From Octopus vulgaris (lineage: Eukaryota): a stretch of DNA of 64,000 nt. The DNA lies in assembly GCA_951406725.2 (NCBI GenBank), contig OX597817.1, positions 1,674,001 to 1,738,000 of the forward strand. Reading direction: 5' to 3'. A program made the translations under genes and the position numbers. The number at the start of each line of letters is the position of its first letter. Position 1 is the stretch's first letter. The notes under the pieces are model-generated. The model was given only the letters and a program-made list of their open reading frames with translations. It made no database searches and was not told the DNA's origin. This document shows positions 53,385 through 64,000 of this stretch, piece after piece.

Positions 53385-53514
53385 TACCTCTGGATACCCT
53401 TGTTGCTTATTTTGATTATATATATATATATACAGAGTGAGAGTGACAGACAGACAGAGTAAGAGAAAGACATACATATATGTATGTATATATATATATG
53501 TATACACACACACA

Positions 53515-53580
<66 letters not shown>

Positions 53581-54088
53581 ATTGGTGGGTAAATTCCCCA
53601 CCAAGTAGTCTTTCATCAATGTCTACATTGAAATCTGACGCATCCTTTCAAATTAACATATTCGAATCACTTCCCCCTTCTTTACACACACTCACACACC
53701 CAACCAAGCACACACACACACACACACACTATGTTACTATGTTCACAAACTTACAGACTTTAGTTATAGAAATGCAAAAATACACCCGCATACACGTTTG
53801 TGATTTTATGAGGCAAAGAAAATGAGCCTGTAATTTTAGTCAAGCAATGAGTGCGCGCATGCTTATACGTCGGTGTGTGTGTTTCTAGTCTGAGTAGGTG
53901 CCATATTTGTATATATATGACTTTGCATTTATGAGGCTGTGTGTATGTGTTATGGCAAATCATTCGTGACTTTTTTGCGTAATTTCATTTCCCAATCATA
54001 ACATATCAAATTTTGCACAACACCTAGAAATGTATGAATATATGCAAGTATATCTGAATGCGTTATTTAGATGTGTGCACATGCATGT

Positions 54089-54307
<219 letters not shown>

Positions 54308-54965
54308 TGTGTGCTTGTGTGTGCCTATATATGTCTACATATACATCTACACACATATATACACATATATGTATACAGATATATGCACAATACATACATG
54401 TATATATACATATATATATACGTATTTGTATATGAATATGTGCATATATAAATATACATTACTATCTATCTATCTCTTTATCTATGTATCGCTGTATATA
54501 CATATATGTACACATACATATATATTCATATATGCATATGTTCATACATAAACATTTATATCTGTGCATGTATATATATATATATATATACATATATGTG
54601 TGTTTGTGTGCCTGTGTCACACACACACACACAGAGTCACAGGCAATACTTCTTACCATTATCAATGTGTATATATTTACATAATTACATATTCAATGGA
54701 TCACATAAATATCCTTCTCTAAATATACTAATGTAATCCGAGTATTCTTCTTAGACTCTCTGTCTCTTCAGCATTTTCCTCATCTTTCGTTTAGATATTC
54801 TGAAGTAGTGAAATGCACACACTTATAAATTCAAATGAACATACAAGTTAGGCACAGAAATACACAAATAAATATTTCCCTGTTATTGAGTAGGGTCTCT
54901 CTTTCTCTCTTTCCCTCTCACTGTCTGTCTATACATACATATACATACATACGTACATACACACA

Positions 54966-55016
<51 letters not shown>

Positions 55017-55049
55017 GTGCGCGCAAGTATGTGTTTCTATTCATGTAAA

Positions 55050-55398
55050 TACGACACTCCGTTGGTTACGCTGACGAGGAGGTTTCCAGTTCATCCGATC
55101 AACGCTCGTGAAATTAACGTGCAAGCGGCTGAGCACTCCGCAGACTCGTGTACCTTTAGCGTGATACAGAGTGTGAAAAGGCTGGCCCTTTGAAATACAG
55201 GTATAACAGAAACAGAAAGAGTGAGAGAAAGCTGTGGTGAAAGAGTACAGCAGCTATTCGCCACCACCCCCTGCCAGAGCCTCGTGGAACTGTAGATGTT
55301 TTTGCTCAACAAACACTAACAACGCCCGATCTAGGAACCGAAACCGCGATCCTAGAACCGCGAGTCCGCTGCCTTAACCACTTGGCCATTGCGCTTCT
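55050..55398 (-). mobile_element. tRNA-derived SINE (family D)
   Basis: Minus-strand head gcgcaatggccaagtggttaaggcagcggactcgcgg...ggtttcggttcc with A- and B-box-like motifs; body shared with about 60290-60410. Confidence 0.75.
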
Positions 55399-56066
55399 AC
55401 TATTCATGTATATATTTATAGAGAAACAGTGATGCAAGGAAATAGATAGATAAACGAACAGATACAGGAATGTATTGAAAAGGATGGGAGAGAGAGTGTG
55501 TATATGTGTGTGTATGTGTGTATATGTGTGTGTATATGAGAAAGAGAGAGAAACTGATAGACAGAGATAAACAGATGCACCTACTTTGCCAATACAAATC
55601 AGCTTGTCAATGTTCCTGAAGGTCAGCAATGGTCTTCCTCGGTCACGAGTGGACGGCCATCATGTATGTTTGTTTGTGTATATTTATGTAGTTATTGAAT
55701 TGTCGTAGGTGGCACATTCTTGGAAAACCAAATTGGATAGAAACCCCAAACAAATAGTCTGTACACAGTCTACTGTTGAACAGTCAATGCGTTACGGTGC
55801 GTATATTAATTCATTCCCTCTACAGCTGTACATACTATACTGAGTCTTTCAGATTGTAGTTCATATATTTTGTCGATTTTACTACGTACAATGAAGAAAC
55901 TTGAATTTAAAATGACTCAAGAAGGAAGCTAGTAAGCTTTAGTTCAGTAAAATTTCTACTGATTGACCTATCAGAGATACTAGTTTACAAACTACCAAAA
56001 ACAGCAAGAAGAAGCAACTGCAGAATCTCGCGAAGATTAAAAAGTTTGTATTACTATCATAACTGA

Positions 56067-56470
56067 AAGGCGGCGAGCTGGCAGAGACGTTAGCACGCCG
56101 GACGAAATGCTGAGCCGTATTTCGTCCGCCGTTACGTTCTGAGTTCAAATTCCACCGAGGTCGACTTTGTCTTTCATCCTTTCGGGGTCGATAAATTAAG
56201 TACCGGTTACGCACTGGGGGTCGATTTAATCGACTTAATCCGTTTGTCTGTCCTTGTTTGTCCTCTCTGTGTTTAGCCCCTTATGGGTAGTAAAGAAATA
56301 AGAAATAGAAATAGGTATTTCGTCTGTCTTTACGTTCTGAGTTCACATTCCGCTGAGGTCGACTTTGCCTTTCATCCTTTCGGGGTCGATAAATTAAGAA
56401 CCAGTTATGTACTGAGATCGATCTAATCGACTGATGCCCTCCCCAAATTTTCGGGCCTTGTGCCTAGTTT
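56067..56470 (+). mobile_element. SINE family B, two internal units
   Basis: aaggcggcgagctggcagagacgttagc; ttacgttctgagttca..gaggtcgactttg..ggggtcgataaattaag occurs twice. Confidence 0.88.
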
Positions 56471-56474
56471 AGAA

Positions 56475-56505
<31 letters not shown>

Positions 56506-56596
56506 TTGTATACCGTTACATTGGTTAATTTGAAATGAAGATTTCTTCTGGTTGACATAAGTGGAACGCATATCTGCATCGTATACAAGAGATATA

Positions 56597-57454
56597 TTGA
56601 GTCATCCCATAAATAAAGTTTTTTTTCAATTGCATGAACTAAATGTCGGAGGAGAACGGGATAAACAACCCGCATCACCTTGCTATAAAAGCAGGTAGTA
56701 ATTTTACCTTGTGCTTATTCGTAGTATAAGTTTTTAAGAATGCAGTTCGATTTTAACAGTTATTTTTTCAAAGCTATAGTCGAAGTGACAAAGGAGCATA
56801 TTCGGCATATTTTGCTTTATGAGTTCAGTAAAGGCAACAACGCAACGAGAAGGGCAAGGAATATGAATGTTGTATATGGGGGTCGGACAATAACTCTAAG
56901 CCAGTGTCAGCGGTGGTTCCAGAAATCCTGGAAGATCTGTAGAGCTTGACGAGAACATCCTGCACACCCTGGTGGAACAAAATCCCATCGTAACTGTTGA
57001 GCCACTAGCAGAGAAGCTTGGAGTCATTCAACCAGTCATTCAAGTCGGCGCTAGAAGTAAAACGACCATCTTTGGTCTCAAGACGAAATGTGTTCTTCCA
57101 TCAGAACAATGCTCGGCCACATACAGCGAGGATGGCGTTCCAAGGCCTAGAGCAATTTGAAAGGGAAGCGATGCTCCACCCACCATATTCGCAGGACATT
57201 GCCCTATCTGATTATCATTTATCGCACAGTCTTCAAAATCATTTGGACGGAAAAAATATGAATTCTTTAGACGAGATCAGAACAGTCCTGGAGGAGTATT
57301 TTTCGTCACGGACAAGTGAATTTTGGAAGAGAGGCTTTGCAAGTCAACCAGATAGACAGAAGAACATTGTAGAAAATGAAGGGGGAGTATATTTTAGATT
57401 TAAAAAGAACTTTATCTTAATTTTGAAAAATAAAAGCAGTACAAAAAGACCCAA
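56597..57454 (+). mobile_element. Internally deleted mariner
   Basis: EVTKEHIRHILLYEF, FFHQNNARPHTA, LHPPYSQDIALSDYHL; left TIR ttgagtcatcccataaataa, truncated right TIR gacccaa-ta. Confidence 0.9.
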
Positions 57455-59247
57455 TATCTTTATAAATCTTACTCTATATTGCTTAATGTTTATTAATGAA
57501 AATGCATAAATTACTAATACTCATTATTCTCGAACTTTAAAATTTACATTTCTGATGTTTGCCGCTCATTTTCTGCTGTTTTTCTTAGTTTGAATAATTT
57601 ATGTGGCTATTAAGATCAATCACAAAAACTGAAGTACATACATTTTTTGCTCCTTCTAATTCGTTAATGACAAAGACTTTAATATAAAAGAAACCGTTTT
57701 CTTAATGTTCTAGCTCGCAGAATCGTTGGAGCATGCACTCTTTGTTTAGGCTTGGTACAATGCATTCTTTGTTTAGGCTTGGTACAATGAAAGTTTTTTA
57801 TTTTTTTATGAAGTCAATGTATTTTGCTGCCACTTTCAACATATTGTCTATTCTGTGCATATAAATATTTTAGGCAAAACAATGACATATAATTGAGATA
57901 TCAGAATCCCATTGAATCTTGCCTAACTTCATTTATTCTCAACATAAATTGTTTGGTGGTTATACAATGTAGAAAGAACAGCGTTCGTCACTACGCCATT
58001 CAGCTTTTCCTAGAATGATTCGAAATAGTTTATTCCTGACTTGACTCCAGATACCAATACCTGTTTCTCTGGTTGTCATAAGCAGAAAGCTTTTTAAACA
58101 GATAACTAAATTTCGCATCGTAAAGTTTACTGCTATTCTACGAATAAAGAAAAATAATAATTGTACCGTAAGGTATTTTGTTTCCAATCAATATTGTTGA
58201 ACATAAGACAAATCCTAACGCTGCTAGTTTCTAAGACAGTATGGTGGGACGTGGATTGTGGGAGTAGAGGGAGTACTGCCATTTCACGTAAGTTGGATGA
58301 CCACCATGAAACCCTTTCCACTGGCTGAGATATAATTTTTGCCCATCTTTCGCCAAAGGTACGTAACTGTCGATGGACCGGTCTAGCTATCTGCAGTAAA
58401 TAAAAACTGCAGTAAATCAAAACTAGGTGCTCTACTTAGTCCCGATACTAAAGTGAGTGTGCACAGTACAAGAGTTGGCTGCCGTGAGTACAGAATAACT
58501 GGACTTGTTATCCATTCTTAAACGCTAACAGTACTACAGTCTAATAGAATCCTGGATAACTCTTCAAAAGAATTCTTAAGAAACTCACTGACGTGATCAT
58601 CTTATGGTGGAGTGGTTAACAAGTTCGAACATCTAATACATTTTGTTATAATAGTTAACTGCAACCGTATTGTTGATATCGTTGTTGCTATGGCACTGTT
58701 TTGAGAGTTATTGATGTTGTTTTGTGGTTGATGGTAACGCAGTAGCAATTAGACGCATTTCTTCCTTTCTCTGTCGCTTTTATTTATTTATGTTTTTACC
58801 GTTTTATTTTTATGCGATGTTTTTTCTTTTGCGTTCAAGTCTATGTTCAAACATTAAAGAGATAAACAAACAAATATGGTAAGCCATGTACTTTTTGAAT
58901 CCTCATATATATACATACAGACTGTGTATTACGTATCACTGTGTGTTTATGTAGGTATCTATGTCCTTGCATGTGTGTTTCAACAACAGCAACAACGTAT
59001 ATGTCTATCTATAAGGAAGAATTAACAGACACACATACGTGTCATAGAGAAAATAAACTTTTCATTATTTTTCCTGCTTCTCATCATTGTTGTTGGGGAT
59101 GATTTTTCTCCCTTCTTTTTTTTCTATAATTCTTTTTTTCTTTTTCTTTCTCTTTATTTTCTTTTCCATTTTCTATCCTTCCACTCTGTGTGACGTATGA
59201 CGTATGTGAGTGCCGAACGCAGGTGGGTGAATGGTTGAGTCCAAAGG

Positions 59248-59336
59248 TTATAAAGCTTGATTCTGTCTTGTGGTCTGAACTGTTGGTCTTGAGTTACAAG
59301 AGGTTATAACTGTATCATCTTCACAGTGGAAGAAGT
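59248..59336 (-). other. Candidate exon (possible terminal coding exon or UTR/lncRNA exon)
   Basis: Pyrimidine tract plus ttacag acceptor, then an open frame FFHCEDDTVITSCNSRPTVQTTRQNQAL*; no homology recognised. Confidence 0.22.
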
Positions 59337-59787
59337 CTGTAATAGAGACATATGGAAAACGAAAGACCGAGAGCTGGTGGGAGAGAAAGAACAAAATATT
59401 ACGCATATATTCATAAACTTATATACTATATGCATAAGTTTTTTGTTTTTTCTTTCTTATTTTTTTGCTGAAGATAGATCTCTTGAATAAACTTAGTCGT
59501 TATGGCTAAAACAAAGCCAAAGAAAATAAAAGCAGAAACACACACGTACACACATGTATATACGAGAGTGTATGCGTCTTTGTGTGTATAATATATGTAT
59601 GTGTATGTAAATGTGTGTGTATATATTATATATGTCTATATTACGCTCCAAATTTTTAAATTTAAGATATCACGCGGTTCATTCAAACGCATTGGATATT
59701 CTTTCTTATATGAATATGCATTATCTCAATGACTAAGGTAGCTTCTCTACTACTGCTACTACTACTGCTACTACAATATTATTACGT

Positions 59788-60137
59788 GAAGGTGCCTGAC
59801 TCAGTGGTTAGAGAGTCACAACCTTACAATCGGAAGGTTGTGAGCTTGATTCCTGGTCTGAGCTGTATGTTGTGTTCTTGAGCAAGACACTTTATTTCAC
59901 ATTGCTCCAGTTCATTCAGCCGCAGAACTGAGTCGCGACGTCACTGGTGCCAAACCGTATCGACTGGCCTTTGCCTTTCCCTTAGACAACATCGACTACG
60001 GGCAGCGGAGAGACTGTTATGAACGGGAAATTCCTGATCTTCCGAAAACAAACTTGCCCGGACTTGTGCCTCGGAGGGGAAATTTCTAGGAGCAATCCTA
60101 TGGCCCTTCGCGACGGAAGAAGTGTTTTTGACCTTTG
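59788..60137 (+). mobile_element. tRNA-derived SINE (family C)
   Basis: tgactcagtggttagag..cttgattcc head; gtgttcttgagcaagacacttt..ttgctccagttca core. Confidence 0.8.
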
Positions 60138-60160
60138 TATATATGTAATGTATGTGTGTA

Positions 60161-60223
<63 letters not shown>

Positions 60224-60554
60224 GTGTGTGTGTAAGTTTGGTTCTCTATAGGTTTCGAAGAAGCGCACTCAATTATCCAATCAATTGAATTACCTTTACA
60301 CTGAATTAACGCGTGGCTTGTTAAGCACTCAACGGTCTCATGTCTCCTTAACATAATTCTCAGGCAGAATATGTGTGACACAGTATGTGACAAAGCTACA
60401 TTCTTGAATCGCCAATATAAAGCATTCAATGGGCTTCCATATAGTTTCCGTATTCTCAGAAGGTATGGGCAATTCGAAGCGACAGAAAATGATATATTTC
60501 TAAGACGGAAATTGAACTCACGGCTTCAGAGAGCCACAAGCACTTTTAATATTG

Positions 60555-60746
60555 GTTTCAAATTTTGGCACAAAGCCAGCAATTTCAGGGTGGGAGTAAG
60601 TCGATAAAATAGGTACCATTAAGTGGTGCTTATTTTATCGACCCCGAAAGAATGAAAGGCAAAGTCAACTTCGGTGGAATTTGAACTCAGAACGGAAAGG
60701 CAGGCGAAATGCCGGCGTGAAAACGATTCTGTCAGCTCACCGTCTT
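60555..60746 (-). mobile_element. SINE family B copy
   Basis: ttttatcgaccccgaaagaatgaaaggcaaagtcaac..ggaatttgaactcagaacg..cagctcaccg. Confidence 0.82.
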
Positions 60747-61248
60747 ACAAACACTTTAATATTTCTTTATAAACTATGTGGAGTTAAGTAAAATTCTATA
60801 GTTGCAGAGCATAGGTTAAGTAAAATTCTGAGTTGCACAGCAGCGGTTTAAAAAACCTGTGGCTACTTTTCTTGTGAAGGCAAAGAGAAACGAAAATTCC
60901 AGTGGTTTTTATTTATTTGTGAATATGACTTTTAAAGAAATTCTTCGTTTTGTAAGAACCAATCAGTCATGTTTAAATTCTTGCATAGAAAGATTTTTGC
61001 ATTTCTGGAAAGTATTAAATCCTCGATGTTTTCAGCAGATCAAGTGATTGCTCTTAGCAATTATTCAAACGACTTTCAATTGAAAAAAAACATTCGACAG
61101 GGATACCACAATTTATTGAGATGTATTTGCTGTTCTTGCAGAATGTAATGGAGATATTCAAATGAGCTGCCAAAGAACTTGAGAAAAAGATGAGACTTCG
61201 TCAGCAGATGTTTTCAGATTTTGTCTAATTAAAAAGAATGACGATAAC

Positions 61249-61419
<171 letters not shown>

Positions 61420-62261
61420 GCTATCAAGTTCACTAACATTTTATAAATTTGAATTGAAAACTTCAAATTGCTTCAGAATTCTGCGTTTACATATCTAAAG
61501 AAAAATAATATATTCAGCTTTGACAGAAATTCAATATTATTAGAATAAAGACCTTATTTCCGAAAAACCAAAATTTGTTCAACTCGTTGAATTTTGAAAA
61601 CTGAATAAGAATCTAAATTTAAATACCTATGAACATTTTATCAGAAATGACATTAATCAGAAACAACTACGAGATGCTTCGAAATTCTTCAATTTAACAA
61701 GATGCTCATCAAGGAGAATATGGTAAATGATTTCTAAAGAGAAATGACATTAAAGGCGACGATATTTTCGAAATAGACCTATTTGTTTTCAATTCCAAAA
61801 CTTCAGGATTTAAGTGCAATGATTTCTGAATGAAGAAGTGAAACAAATGTATGAGTTTTTGGTATATTTTAACTTACAAGATAAGTTTAAATTTTCAGAA
61901 AAAAAGGAAAAGAAAAGACACACTGATACTGTTTAGCTGAAGTACTAAGAGTACTAAAAGATATTATTTATGAAATGTCCAAGAAAGCTGTAATCTTACA
62001 AATTCATTTTAGCACATACACTAGGATTCAAGGTATGACGAATTCAAAATCGTTATGCTAGTCTTCCAGTCATCTTCTAATATAAGGTCCTAAATATACA
62101 TTTGGACGGTCCCAAATATATCTCCACATTTTTCCTGAAGTTATACACACACACACACACACACAAACAAACACACACACAAACAAACACACACACAAAC
62201 AAACACACACACACACACACACGCACACACACACATGGGGTGGACGTATATGTGTGTGCAT

Positions 62262-62555
62262 GAAGGCGCGTGGCCTAGCGGTTAGGGTGTTGCATTCACG
62301 ATTTAGTGACCGTTGCTTTGATTCACGGACTGAACGAAGCGCTGTGTTTTTTGAGCAAAATCCTTTCCCTTTGTCCCTGTCCGTTCCACTGTAAATGGGT
62401 AATCCTACGCCGGACTAGCATCCTGCTCATAGGAGCTGTTGGTCTACTCGCCTAGCCAGCGGGTTGGCGCCATTCTAAAGCTAAACTGTGCAAATCGCAT
62501 TGTGATCAGTGATGTATAACAACATCGGATAGTCTGGATGATCATGTGATCACGT
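62262..62555 (+). mobile_element. tRNA-derived SINE
   Basis: ggcgcgtggcctagcggttagggtgtt..tttgattc head; tgtg..ttgagcaa..gtaaatgggta core. Confidence 0.72.
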
Positions 62556-62767
62556 GGTACACGTACGCATTTTATTGCAAAAGAAATTTTGCTAATGAGG
62601 TGAAAATTAGGTATAGTCTACAGAAGGTAGCTAGATGCGCGTGTACGCGCACACACACACACACTCACACATTTATATACATATATTTATACATGGATTG
62701 TGCATGACTGTCTATGGAGGTGCCCTGTGTCCAAGGGTAAAATATACTCTACAAATATCTATTATTT

Positions 62768-63040
62768 TGGCGGAATCGTTCGTACTCCGGTTAGAATGCT
62801 TAGCAGCGTTTCGTCCGTCTTCATGTTCTGAGTGAGGTGTAACTGATCATCCTCCACTCCTTCACTGGACATGAAGCAACATCTAAATGCATATACATAT
62901 ATATATATGCATTCAGAGGTCGACTTTGCCTTTCATCTTTTCGGGGTCAGTAAAATAAGTACCAGTCGAATATTGGGATCGATGTAATCAACTTACACTC
63001 TCCCCCAAATTGCTGGCCTTGAACCAAAATATGAAACCAT
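62768..63040 (+). mobile_element. SINE family B copy with internal interruption
   Basis: tggcggaatcgtt...gttctgag, then gaggtcgactttgcctttcatcttttcggggtc. Confidence 0.72.
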
Positions 63041-63389
63041 TTTAAAGGACTAATGAACGCAACAGCAGCAGCAGCAGCAGCACCATGTTTTTATGGAACC
63101 AAACAGCGATTGTACAGAGAGCAAAATGGTGGATGGGGGAGGGGGATTAGTATCAATGATGCAAACTCCCAAAAGAAACCAACCCCAACACGACTCTTAT
63201 GGAACAAACAACTTGATTAGACTCCCATGAGCATGTAAAGAACCCCGTTGTTTTTTCTTTTTTTTTTATAAAACACACACACACACACACAAATGTGTGT
63301 ATCTTCATGTTTTTCACAATATTAACATGCCAAATTACCTCAACATTAAACTGAATCTGTATTCCGGCATTGAGTTTCCGGCACCTTAC

Positions 63390-63536
63390 CTGTTTCTTGA
63401 CGGCGCTTTCCAACTTTCTTTTAATATTTGTTTCAATGCCACCACTCTTAATGTACATTCATTTCGGAGATAACAAAAATTACATTTATGTCGCTTGCAA
63501 GAGTCTTTATGTTAGTAAAATGCCTTCTTTTGATAA
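63390..63536 (-). other. Candidate 147-nt spliced exon, probably non-coding or UTR
   Basis: ttttcag acceptor and CAG|gtaagg donor on the minus strand; stops in all three frames. Confidence 0.2.
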
Positions 63537-64000
63537 CTGAAAACTCACTACATATTCAATCCAATCAATATAATAAATCAATTTAAGAAAAACTTTAGTG
63601 TACGACGGTGAATGAAATTGCCTTACAGAATTTACAATCGTTTCTCTTGTTTTGGAGTTCGAATCTCAAAGAAGTTGTTCGTGACTCGATAAACAAATAC
63701 CAGTCATATATGAGTACAATTCAAGCCACCATGTCATTCTTCAACAATTTTGTGTCTATGTAAATAACATTTTCTGATAATAAGGTTTTTTAAAGGAGAA
63801 AAGTACAGAGATTGCATAAAATAACTCTGTATATTATTTGTATTTATTCTATCTTTAAAGTAAAGACTGCAACACAACGTCGACACCAACTGGATTTGCA
63901 CCAGAATTTTCTATATCTAATCTAATGCTTTAAATCGACCATCAATAATAACCATAGTAATGATATGCTCTGTCTAAAATACACATATCATCAGTAATAG

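Larger units (their letters stand above)
48990..53417 (+). mobile_element. 5'-truncated Penelope-like retroelement (Naiad-like): RT, Asn-rich linker, GIY-YIG endonuclease, long 3' region ending in a hammerhead next to (TA)n
   Basis: RT motifs FIQFDINSYYSSI, FDIAMGSNDSAE, Y(R)DD, NFLDTTL, SNHP; linker VWFNIPY..RIFSRKTARISYS.LPNI; CICxxxxxCP..GRC and YIYFG..LKQRIYNH; whether the whole 3' region belongs to the element is inferred. Confidence 0.85.

Noticed and set aside
55330-55398. tRNA gene (also 44785, 59788, 62262)
   Set aside because: A/B-box-like heads run into repeated SINE bodies and no full cloverleaf could be folded.

Overview
AT-rich, extremely microsatellite-dense eukaryotic DNA. 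The SINE, LINE and mariner complement looks like a cephalopod (Octopus-like) genome; this is an inference from repeat recognition, not a search. No intact host protein-coding gene is supportable. Almost all listed ORFs are translations of microsatellites or decayed transposons. The window holds several tRNA-derived SINE families, five Tc1/mariner-type relics plus one complete but frameshifted mariner, hAT and Helitron-like pieces, and fragments of CR1/Jockey-, RTE- and R4-like LINEs. It also holds a 5'-truncated Penelope-like element (RT + GIY-YIG, Naiad-like) at about 48990-53417. The most notable signal is non-coding. A near-identical tandem array of 535-536 bp units (11185-12845) carries a canonical type I hammerhead ribozyme on the minus strand of every unit, resembling a non-LTR retrozyme or circRNA generator. 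Several further sequence-unrelated type I hammerhead cassettes occur at 27455, 53296, 41853, 3635 and 3316. They have very short, mostly palindromic stem III helices, and each has a (TA)n or TA/CA tract on its 3' side. All ribozyme folds were derived by eye and none is experimentally shown.
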